Of a stretch of 64,000 nt of DNA, positions 53,201 to 64,000 are shown one piece after another (the stretch's first letter is position 1; the number at the start of each line of letters is the position of its first letter). Under the pieces are notes generated by a model. It did no database searches and was not told the DNA's origin. It saw nothing but the letters and a program-made list of their open reading frames with translations. Made by a program: the position numbers and the translations under genes. Origin of the DNA: Trichoplax adhaerens (lineage: Eukaryota; Animalia; Placozoa); the NCBI RefSeq assembly GCF_000150275.1, contig NW_002060967.1, positions 1 through 64,000 of the forward strand. The letters are read 5' to 3'.

Positions 53201-56198
53201 TCTACGTGATTTAATTCTTTAAATTGGCTGCAGTACTGTACGTGCAATTAAAAAGTTTTATGACACGATTTTTTCAATATGTTCTATAGAACTTTTGCAC
53301 ACAGTAATGACAGTAGTAGTCACGAGAAGTTTATGCTGCTTTATTGAAGATACATTCAAATTTCTATTCCTCAGTTTTTTCGGGTCTACATATCTGTTTG
53401 CCTTTATGACGACTCTAGTGATTAAATATTATGAAATTTAATCAAAATACAAAATTTCGCATCGCTAATGAATTCAGGATAATGACGCTAATACTTGCAG
53501 TAGATCAAAAAAGTTGCGGTATAAAAGATGTTCACTTTCACAATCTCAAAGACGACTTACTATTTAAAGAGTTATTTAAAATATATACGAAAAATAGCAT
53601 AAATATCCCTGATTTAATTATTGCGTAGATAGTCGCTAGTAAATGTTTGACGATTAAACCATGGTAACCTATCTACGAAAGTCAGCCTCTGCTAATGTTA
53701 TCGTTTACATAATAACGTAGTATAACCTGGAATGGCTTAAGTAAAGGACGTTGATGATTAAAGATTGTTTTCAATGCTTGCATAGGCAATAAATCAAGAT
53801 GATGCATCTACAAATAGCGAATTTTTGCCTGGTTATCAATCAATAAACTATTCCACCAATGCTTATAGTCAAGTGTTAATGCCAAAATGGCTCCGCTATA
53901 CCTCTACTATTTTGCGAATTTGCATACTATTCATCGGCTCTATATTTATTATCATTGGTTCCGTGGCTAAAAATTGTAAAGATCAAGACTTACAGGAAAA
54001 CGAGCTGGTAAAAAGAAATGTAAATACCGCGTTAGGAATTACTGTGAGTAGAAGAACTTTCGTAAATAACAACATTTACTATACTCCAAAGTTAAATTTA
54101 TATGACGGTTACGATTAGTATTCAAACTGATTATGAACTATGATAGTGCTTCAATTTTTGTATCAACAGCAAATAATAATCATGTTAAAATTTTATTTTT
54201 AGTGAAAGTTATAGCAAATTATTTCACTTTAAAGTTTATCCAATATATGTTTGACTTATTTGCCGTAATATCGGTTTCATTGTAAGGTCTTAAATAAATA
54301 TTATCAATATTAGACAGCTAGTTAGACCTTACCATTCTAACGATACACAGGCAGGCTACGGTGGTTTAAATCACAAAATATATTTATTTTCCTTTTATGT
54401 TTATAATACTTTATTCTAAATCCTTCACTTCCTTTCAATCTATTTTTCATATGCAATTGTTGCGTGTTAATTCTCTGAATTTTTCAATATTAAAAATTTT
54501 TTCCTCAAATGAATTCTAATTCTGACTGTTGACTTTATTTTAGTATATAATTTGCGCGGCCTCGTTAATTGTTAACCTTCATTGGAAGTGTCCAAAATTT
54601 TTGGTATGATATATGCGTGTGTAATGCTCTATAATTGCTAGCAAAGTGACAATTAACATCTTTTATTCATATTGAGCTTACCTATAAATTTTTAGGAAAC
54701 TAAATGGCAAAACACTACTTAGAATATACTTATAACTACATTTCTGATAAGAGCGATAAATCCTTATGTTTCCATCGAACTACACATAAACAGTAGAATA
54801 GATTCAGCCGTCTTTCATATAACTGCACTGTTTCTTAAAGTAACTAAAATCCTTTACGATTCCAGGTTTATTCATTCTATTATAGCACTGTGCATTTCAG
54901 TATCGCATTCCATTCCAACAAATTACTATCTATTTTATAAATACTGGTATCGTGTAGAAATAGCCAGTTTTGAAACACACCTTAGAAAGCAAGATTTTTA
55001 CATTACATTTTTAAATACATCGATGCAATCCTAAATCATCCCTGATATACATTAATTAGTTATATTGATTTATCGAGTCAAAGCTTCTAAAAGTACAGTC
55101 GTCCTTTAGATTGAGCTATTTTTGATATGAGATAATTTTTTTAAGTAAGCTACTCAGTATCTGATCGTTGGTCGCCATTCCTACTATAATTTTAAGAGAA
55201 ATTATTTTAAGCGATGATTTTGGCTGCTTTACCTCGGTGCTTACTATAATATAATTTATCGAGCTGTTTTGCCGAAAAAAGTGTAACCATTGTAATTAAT
55301 GAATGAATTCATACAACCGTAATTTTACTATAATAAAGTATCGATGTGATAACCTAGTGGGCTTAAACTTTTTACAATAAATTTTTTCATTAATTTTAGA
55401 CTATCATCTCTTTTGGCTTTACCACGATAATCTCTGCCTTATCGATGCTTCAGTTATTTATTTACTCAGTATTTTCAATGATCTACGACGGTTCGAATGC
55501 TTCTTACATGCATACTTATGTTACCTGCGGTCTATCAATTGGTTGCTTCATTATTTCTTCAGCCTTGGTTGTTATTACCTTTCGTGGTTTCAAGAATCTT
55601 GCGCCTTTCGAAAGTGTAAGTGGAATATGGACTTATTTCCTTGCTAATTTATATGACTACAGTATGTCATTCAGTCTAAATAGGCTCAAATTTTACAAAA
55701 CAAAATTCTGTTCTAATAATCAGCTAAGTAGCATTTAAAAGGTATTAGGATGAATTATGGAGTTGCAATATACTGATCAGTGACATATTTTAAGAAAAGG
55801 AGAACTTTTAGAAGTAATAGAAATAGTTAATATGTTATTTTTATCATCCAGTATTACCATGTACTGTATATTATACATCGAAATTTTCTTGCTCTATGCT
55901 CATTACTGCACTAGTAGCAAAAAGCAAGGATGACTGAATTATCAACAAAAAGAATACCTTTAGAAAAGAACATGATCTACGCACTCCTTCTATCGTATAG
56001 TACTTATATCGCATGTTCCAAAAACTTCAAATCTAAAAATCTAATGTAAAACTTTCGTTCTACTCTCAGAAACTATGCCAGTAAATAAGCTGTAATAACT
56101 AGATGACTAGCAAAAGTTATTATTTGCTTTTTCTTAATATAAATCATATTAAATTAATTATTTCAATGTTCTAGGTTAATCAAGCCTTGCGACATTGA
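50224..56198 (+). CDS. MS4A/CD20-like protein B, two tandem tetraspan domains (predicted 8 TM, ~360 aa, 7 exons), paralog of A
   Basis: Exons 50224-50466, 50884-50940, 52888-53112, 53786-54043, 54544-54603, 55400-55615, 56175-56198; all phase 0. NIWIGVL|YIIHG. Exons 2, 5 and 6 (57, 60, 216 nt) are the same sizes as in gene A. Confidence 0.8.
51796..52273. mobile_element. Solo LTR-like insertion (478 bp) in intron 2 of MS4A-like gene B
   Basis: Ends TGTGATG...CATTACA with flanks atatc/atata (5-bp TSD, 1 mismatch). Length is similar to the other insertions. Confidence 0.65.
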
Positions 56199-56599
56199 TG
56201 TCTTTACAGTTCAAAGATCTGCATCAAGCAGGTACTCATAGAGGATTATAGTAGGAGAATAATTAATTACAATTATACGATCTATCAGTGCAATCTGGTA
56301 TTTAAGTCTGATATGGATATTCACGTCTACATTCGAATTCTTACATGATTTGCTATAGCTTTACAGTAGCTTCTATGGGCATACTTATAAAATTGAGACG
56401 GTATATTTAGTCAAGCATCCAACATGGATAAAATTTTTCAATCACTTGATTTTAATACGAAGCAAATATGAATTATAGTCATTTACCTCATTTAGTTACA
56501 TTTAAAAGTTATTTATTCACGTATCATAATTATGATCTCTGCTTTGAAAAATGCTCAAAATTAAATATTAACCCTTCTGGGTGTTTTCTAGTTTACCAT

Positions 56600-57750
56600 C
56601 TAAAATAATCGACGATATTTCAAGATGATAATAAGAGCATCTTCAAGCCACTTTTTCAGTACTACAACCAACGATTGATTTAATCAATTAGTTGAAAATA
56701 GTTTTTCGGCATGTATCATCTTTCAAATTTAAACTCAGATACAGGACTACACCTAAGGCTTTAATCATAATCTTATCTAAAGAAAGATATTCAGGAAGAT
56801 ACACGATCATCAAATATCAAAGTAATGTCAGAATGGATTTGTAGAAGCTTTGTAATAATATTTCTATGTTAAACTGTAATATTTTATTGAGAAAAATAAG
56901 TTGCATATAATATGATTAATGAGTTCACATTTAATAATCTGCTAAAGGCATTAACCTATATATTCGACGTAATGCAATAACTATTTAAAATGAGCATCTA
57001 ATGCATTAAATCCTTGAAATGTTGCTCTTAGAAACAATTTTGTGCCATTAATTCATTATCCTCAAAATTAATTCAATATGAGCGATACAATGATTATAAA
57101 TTGATCGGTTGTGGTTTAAATTAGCTAAATACTAATACTGAATGATGCTGGTGAGCTTTATTGATATCAGTTTACAAACGTAATTCAAGGCATTTTGATT
57201 AGTATATGCTCATAATTTTGTATCGTCGACAATTTATAGCATAGCTTCAGTATGTTATCTATCAATATTAATAGATTATTTATCAAGAATTGATAGGTCT
57301 AAAGGTATTCAGAGTTTTTATGGTTCCATAAGGGCTTTTATCATATATAGTTCCAAACGTTCTATGCAATTTTAAGTAATGTGCTGGACTAGAAGCAATG
57401 GATATGTTCACTGTTCAATACGATACTGAAAAATTAACCCTACCTTCATATTTCCCTACTAAATAAACGTAACTTTCAAAGCTACTGCATTATTGGTAGT
57501 TAAAGGATAATTTTAAAAAGAATTTACTAATGATTATTAAAATTTTCGATTCCTACATGTATTTAAAAGTAGCGAATAGTCTGCCAAGTTTGTATACTGC
57601 ATCTTCCGCTTGGGCGCTAAAGTGCTCGATGTAATATTGAGTTTGGTCAATAATAATAATTAATAAAATTGTTAATATCAAACTGGTACAATGCGCAAAT
57701 TGCTTTAAGCCATGCTTGAAGGGTTTATTTTGATCTGGTGCAGCTTTGGT
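56600..57750 (-). pseudogene. Possible heavily degraded leucine-rich-repeat gene relic
   Basis: Scattered minus-strand fragments such as TFQGFNAL, NAFSRLLNVNSL and LDLS resemble extracellular LRRs. No continuous ORF. Confidence 0.25.
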
Positions 57751-59424
57751 CATACTTCAAGACAACAATAATTAAATAATAGTTAGCTAAAGTATTCGTA
57801 AACAAGCCATAACAAATAGGATATCTAGATTCAATAATACTATCAGCTCTGTCAATGAAATGATTTTTACAGTGGTAAGATAGAATTTGTCAACATAAGT
57901 AGGATATGAATCCATACCGGAGGACATAAAATATTTTTAAATTTGAAAGTGTATCTAATTTCTCTTGCACTTGTCTAGCCATCTATCGTTGTGTTTATCT
58001 TAGCAGCTTACTTGAATTGCTTTGCTGCAGCTTAAGTCATGATCAAAGTCTAAATCATTAGTTTTGCTGTTGGTCAAGTATGTATAGTATAAACAAACAA
58101 GCATGAAAATAAACAAAATAATCCATGATATAAAGACTTAGGGAAAAATGAACTTTTGTCATGACTCAGTAGAGTACAAGTAAGTCATTGAGGCCAAAAA
58201 TAACCTTACCATTTGAAAAAATTCTAACCGATACCTTGCTGATATTTCCTTTTATCATCCGCTAATCTTAAAGTTTCGGTTACGTCGGCTATGCTTTTCT
58301 ATTATGCGTTAGTATGTATGAAATAAGAAATAATCGATTATGCTAATAAATATCTAAAACATTGGTCCAGAAATTCTGTTATGATATTTTTGATGGCAAA
58401 TAGCTTTGAATCCATAGTCAGGTAACTTTAGTTGTAAGTTTAGTTTGATTTTAAAAATGGATTGCCATTTGTACCCATTACCTTTAAAGCTGTATTTTGT
58501 GGCCTTATAATACAATGATGGTACCGAATAATATACAGCACAGTTTAGTTCGAGTTTTATATTTCCTGATGCCATTTTATTCTGACGATGAGAATAAATC
58601 AAGAATTAATTTTTATCTAACTTTAATATACTTATTTATTTTTACGTTAGAATTTCAGCATTTCGATTATTATCACAGTAATAAAATAAAACTTTCAAGC
58701 TATACATTAATTCTAGGATCATTTTAATGATTTATTTACGTCATAACAGTACTTAAAATAGCTTTTGTCATCGGAATAGATCACTGAATTGTACGATCTA
58801 GTTTTTCATGCAATGTTTTACTGTGTGAAGATATCTTTACATAATAATTTCTCGAGACTTTCGTCTGCTGTACAATCAATTAATATAGTAGAAAGCTACA
58901 TGACCATTTATACTTTCGTTACATTTCTCCTTTATGAGTAGCTTAATTAAACTTGCGTCTATTATTTCAGAGCTGGAATAGTGCTAGGATGATTTTATCT
59001 TGTATCCGTCGCCTGGCAAAAATAATAACCCATACGAATTAGATTGAATGACAAAAATATTAATTTCATTCCGTAATTAAGGACTGTAATCAGTATATTC
59101 ACATAACATAATTGACAACTTCAGTTCACCCTTAATTAAGAGGGTAGAAGTTAGTTTTTAATCGATTTTGTCTTTGGCTACATTATAGAACTTTGCGCTG
59201 AACGTGATATTTACTTATCTAGAGTATTACAAAGCCTAATCTTTACCGCTCCTTAACTGACCCAGCAAGAGAATATTTACCATGATATTATTCACATACC
59301 GTAGAATGCAGTATTTAGGATGATAGTATTTATGTTTCAATACTGAGGCTATCATTACTTTACAGCTTTTGATGATCTATTTAAAGCTTTGATCGACGAA
59401 AAGTAAACGGAGAAAAAATTTATC

Positions 59425-61868
59425 ATGCCTACCAATCCGACGCTCCATCTTCAAGAATCATCGCAGCTTAGCGAGCATTCTCATTCGAATAATCCTCTAG
59501 CCATGCCTGTAAACATACGCACTGTCTCCATCATCATTGGCAGCATTATTTTAATCATCGGCTTGATTAGTGTGACATTAGGTTGCGTACCATATGTATT
59601 TCTTGAAATTCGTCATGATCCTAACGTTGCAACAGCAATTAATATTTGGGCTGGAGCAATGGTAAGTACAAAATACTGATCATTTCAAAGTTTTTAGAAT
59701 AATTAGCAATAATTTTATAAAGTCCAGGATTACCTTTTATGCATTTTTGACGCATATTGCAAGGGGTAGAAATTCGGTATAAAGAATACGATTCTAAGTC
59801 AAGTGATGATTATTTGCAACCACTGCATTAAGAGGAAATATATAGTATTTAAATAATTAACTGGATTATTATTTAATGGCAATCATTTTCACTTTTGCAT
59901 CAGTTCCTTTATGTTCTGGACGATATAATAATTAACCATGTAGTGTAATAGCGCCTTTATTCCATGATTGGTATAGATCGGTAATACTAAGAATTCTTCA
60001 ATTGTTGCAATTTTGATGGTAGTAAAGAGTACACTCATCTTAAATTCGCAATACCATGAAAGCATTTTGTTAGATGGTTGACTCAAAATTTAGAAATTTG
60101 TAAAAATCACTTATTATAATTGATCAGAAGGAATTCTCCAACTCTATCTATAGCACTGACAAATGGATAGGAACGAATTTGCTACTAGCTTATATTTAAT
60201 CTAAATATCGACATTGATTATAAAATATTGTAGTAACTGTGTCCAGGTTCAAATAGTCTAAAACTTTTACCTATGTATTCACATTTTAGTATATTATTTG
60301 TGGGAGCTTAGCCATTGTTAACCATTGCCAAAGGATTAATCATCGCTTGGTAAGAACATTTCTTTATTTCTATTGCTGATTGATTTTACTAAATTAACAA
60401 CGTCTTTAGGTATAATGTTCTATTCCAATTTTGTATCTGTAATTGCCACTTCAGTTATATTTTGTGGCAATGAATTATCATAATCAAATTGCAAGTGTAG
60501 TTTTGTTTGCTATTTTTCAATATCAATCACCACCAATGCCAATAAATGATATTAATCAAGTTAGCTTTAGAAGATTGTAAAAGTTTAAAAATTTAAAATA
60601 AAGGCTACTGTTGGCTAATTTGTTTCTTAATAAAGAACACATAATCGCACTTGCACTACAAATTGCGGTTGTAAATTTGAAATTAGGCTAATGATAATGT
60701 ATTCGATACAAAAATGTAGCCGATACTAACATGTGCTAGCTATATATTAACTACTAGTAAAGATCAGTTTTAATTTCAAGAAATTTATAATCTATGAAGG
60801 ATTGAAAAGTAAAAATGATAGATTATATCGCGATGCATAGTATAATTATCCATTCTTAGAAAGATTAAAATTTTTACTAAGAAAATAAGCACAACCACTG
60901 ATATATTTTCCATTTTGGATTTTGCAGACCATTTCCTGCTTTACCTTTATGATTGTAAGCATATATTCATGATAAAATTGGATTGAAATACAACGTATCA
61001 TTATGAATACAATTGCTTCACTAAAGCGCTCTAAAAGTTCTTAATCTCATTGATTCAATACCAATACAGTAGATTGATATTGAAAGCGTTTTCTCGAATT
61101 TGAATTTAAATTAAGTATTCCATTTTCTACGAGTAAATGGTTAATGAAATTTTCTTTTGTTGATTGTGCAGACAATTTCCTATTTTTCCTTTTCGGTTAT
61201 TTCTTTAGTGGTTTCTATGATTCAAGCAGCTCTTTCCTTAACAACTATCATTCAAGTCTATCATGTTAACGGATTCTATTGGTATTCCATTCTGTCTCTG
61301 TCAGTAGCCGTGCTCTGCTTTTCATTTTCTGTATCGATGATGGTGATTCTTTTACGAAATATTTACTGTAAACTACCAATACCAGTAAGTACCTTTCACT
61401 GCTAAAATATGCAATTGGTTGAGAAAGTTGGCAAAATAATTGAGAATAGCTTGAAGAATCAACCTAAGATTCATTTCAATGATACAGAATACATAATGTT
61501 ATATACTGTACTATATCTATATCTATGCATAATATTGTTTTTACCGATTACGATTTTGGGGGGGGGGAACATTTTCCGTTTGGAATTGACTGGCGGAACA
61601 GTAATACTATGTGCTCCATAATAGCGAATTAAAGCAAATTATAATTGAAGAAGTTAAAAAAATTGATGGGTTATCTGACTTTAAATATTGCTTAAATACG
61701 TGTCGAATTACGAAATAACTATACAGTAGTAGCATATAGTCTATGACGAATGTTTCTTTGGATGATTTCTAGATGCAGGATCGTGGAAGCAATCAAGCTC
61801 GAAGACGTCAACTTCGCTTTCAACCAGGTTTGAGATTGATAAGTTTATTAGCGTTATTCTACACATAA
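59425..61868 (+). CDS. MS4A/CD20-like protein C, single tetraspan domain (~200 aa)
   Basis: Exons 59425-59661, 60290-60349, 61172-61384, 61773-61868 (alternatively a donor at ~61828 spliced to 62089-62099). NIWAGAM|YIICGSLAI closely matches CD20 PLWGGIMYIISGSLLA. Confidence 0.8.
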
Positions 61869-62329
61869 ATAGTACTTTTGCGGCTTTGAATTAATCCTGT
61901 GTGTCAATTTTAGAAAACTAAATTGTAATTAAACATTTGCATAGCAAACGCAAAGTAATGAACCATTAAGTTGATAATGATATTACTTTACATGAACGTT
62001 GTATAGTGCCGATTGTTAATCAGCGTCAATTTTGCAATCTACTCAATTTGTGCTTCCACAACGATAGCTATTTCTCCTTTATTTCTAGAGCAGCAGTAGC
62101 GATCAATTTGCATATAGAAAAACATAGCCACATCTTATATAACTAATCACTAATCGTTTGTATAGCAGTATCCGAAATTAGGAATTTGAAGGCGATAAAC
62201 AGTTGTTCAGTAACTTGAGAGAATGTATAAAAGAGTCGTGCAATGCAACATCCATTGTACAAAAAATATTCCGGTTCCTACAGTCCATGCTTGCTTGATA
62301 ATTATAATCATCTTATTAACTTAACGTAG

Positions 62330-63900
62330 GAATGAACTTCATTATTGACTCAAAAATTGTAGTTAACCCCTTGGAGAATATTTCCATGGGTAATTTTTGC
62401 TTTGATGATTCATTGACAATTACTTTATTGATATTAGAGGCTGGAAGACGACCTAAAGTCCGTTTTTCAGAACCTGAAACAGCGCTTAGCAATCAATCTT
62501 CGCTGCCATTGAAGTGATTGCATGTAAAGAAGCTTCTAAAATGCCTACCCTGGCTGTACAACTATTTGTATTCCTGTTTAGACTTGCAGATTCTATTCTC
62601 GTTGAAAAAGCTTAGCAAGGGAAGCCCACAATCGAAACCGTTAATGGAGCGTTTGCTTCTATTAGTACGAGGCTGAATAGGATGACAAATTTACTTTTAC
62701 AAGTTTCTATATCCTAAATTGATTTGCTTTATTTTGACAAATCATAAGAAAAGAAGCAACGCACTCATTGTCCTAGGATATTTTTCTATATGATTATAGT
62801 CATATACGGATACTGCCGAGAGTTGGTTGTTCTTCATTTTTCTATAAGAATTTGATATGACTCTCGTATTGGCAAAATTTGTTATAACAAAATGTGTACT
62901 CGTTGAAATGGATAGTATACTGACGATCCATCATTTCATATCATCTGATTTATGAATGTATTTATTGAATGATTGTTTTTGATGTTCTCACTTTATGGCA
63001 CGGCGTATAAAACTTGGCTGTAATATTACTGGTAAAATAAAATTGGATCGCAAAATTCCAATTTTTGGAATTTGCGAAAAGTAGCTGGGATCCATTTATA
63101 CTAAGAATACTGGAATTGTTCAAATTTTACGATAATTTACTTTTGTATTCATGCAAGCTATGATGCTTATATTCTCAGGCACGCAGCTATGCCTAAAAAT
63201 GATGGTAACTCTCCAATATTGCAAACCACCGCTCTCTTACCTAGTTTTTGTTATAAGCGAATGGAGATGTTGAACGACCAGAGCGAATGGCTTTCGTTCA
63301 TGCAATAAGCTCCAAGATGGTTGACACTCGGTAGAAAATGCATTTAAGTATAGCGCATCTAGACAGGCAAATTGTAAATCTCGGATAGAATATTTTACAT
63401 TGACCGTTTTATTTGCCCCTTTTACTGTCTTGTTCTTCAACTATAGTGCAACATTAGGCGACGATAGCAATAATGCCTATGCTATGGAAATGAGTATCAT
63501 CGTTGGCTACCTTCTCCTCATACTGAACTATGCCATCTAACATTGATAATTGATTAATTCACTGTCAATATGTGATGCTTACAGAAAGGGAAGTTGAGTG
63601 AATTTGGAAATGTCTAGTTTGACTTTGGTAGAATTGATTTTCGCATTGGTCAATATCATAGGCGTGTGTATGTCAATATAAGTAAGAACAGTATTTTTAC
63701 CAATAAAATATATACGTAGAATTCATGTTGGAGTTGAAGAATTGAGTTTGGAATGGGTATTTCATATTTCCAGATTGACGCTAAGCACTTTTAAGGCAGT
63801 CAGAATCTTTTTAAAGTGTTTTTTTTCATCAGTAACGTAAAGACTCTATGACTTTGTTCTAGCCACAAGTGACAAAAATGAAAGCAAGTGTACGAGAGTT
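62330..63900 (-). pseudogene. Possible degraded envelope/fusion-glycoprotein-like ORF (retroelement or viral relic)
   Basis: One minus frame, broken by many stops, links a signal-peptide-like TLVHLLSFLSLVA (~63899), the ORF 63440-63237 and a furin-type site RSKR (62660-62649) followed by SINGFDCGLPLLSFF. Confidence 0.25.
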
Positions 63901-64000
63901 CATTCTATCGGTAGAAACTGGCAAATCACTACAGTAGTAAGAAAATACTATTCTAATTGTAGTTAGTCTCCATGTCCTTGGAGAAGTTGGGTTTTGCTTT

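Noticed and set aside
45421-54118. ORFs 45421-45627 and 53825-54118 as first exons of separate genes
   Set aside because: The listed starts are TTG codons preceded by in-frame splice acceptors (45373, 53786). They fit better as internal exon 4 of genes A and B.
25346-61567. Poly-G runs at 25346-25356, 32696-32708 and 61558-61567 as element termini or G4 signals
   Set aside because: The first is a slippage expansion of the GGGG present in paralogous repeats. No matching poly-C or TIR partner was found for the others.
1-64000. tRNA, rRNA or other structured ncRNA genes
   Set aside because: None recognised by eye; tRNAscan-SE or Infernal would be needed to exclude them.

Overview
AT-rich eukaryotic (animal) genomic DNA with short GT-AG introns. 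The composition and the expanded intronless GPCRs suggest a placozoan (Trichoplax-like), which is inference only. Four zones are visible. (1) 1-25.6 kb: a head-to-tail array of ~3.4-kb duplication units carrying intronless rhodopsin-class GPCR genes (5 complete, 1 cut by the window edge, 2 pseudogenes, 1 unit whose CDS is deleted). Each unit has a double E-box (CAGATG-TTA-CAGCTG) ~240-255 bp upstream of the ATG; its CAGATG half is intact in all five complete genes and damaged in all three dead units. Five solo-LTR-like insertions interrupt the spacers. (2) 28.1-30.8 kb: a multi-exon branched-chain aminotransferase (BCAT) gene on the minus strand. (3) ~32.7-39.7 kb: a GC-richer, intron-free island of stop-riddled ORF debris with a pentamer repeat and a 10-unit 93-bp array; probably a decayed mobile or viral element that I cannot identify. 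(4) 43.4-62.1 kb: three MS4A/CD20-like genes assembled by hand from splice signals. Two splice in frame into unusual double-domain (8-TM) proteins of ~357 and ~360 aa; the third is a normal 4-TM protein. A sixth solo LTR lies in an intron there, and possible degraded LRR-like and env-like ORFs lie near the right end. All gene models, alignments and GC impressions were made by eye; no searches were run.
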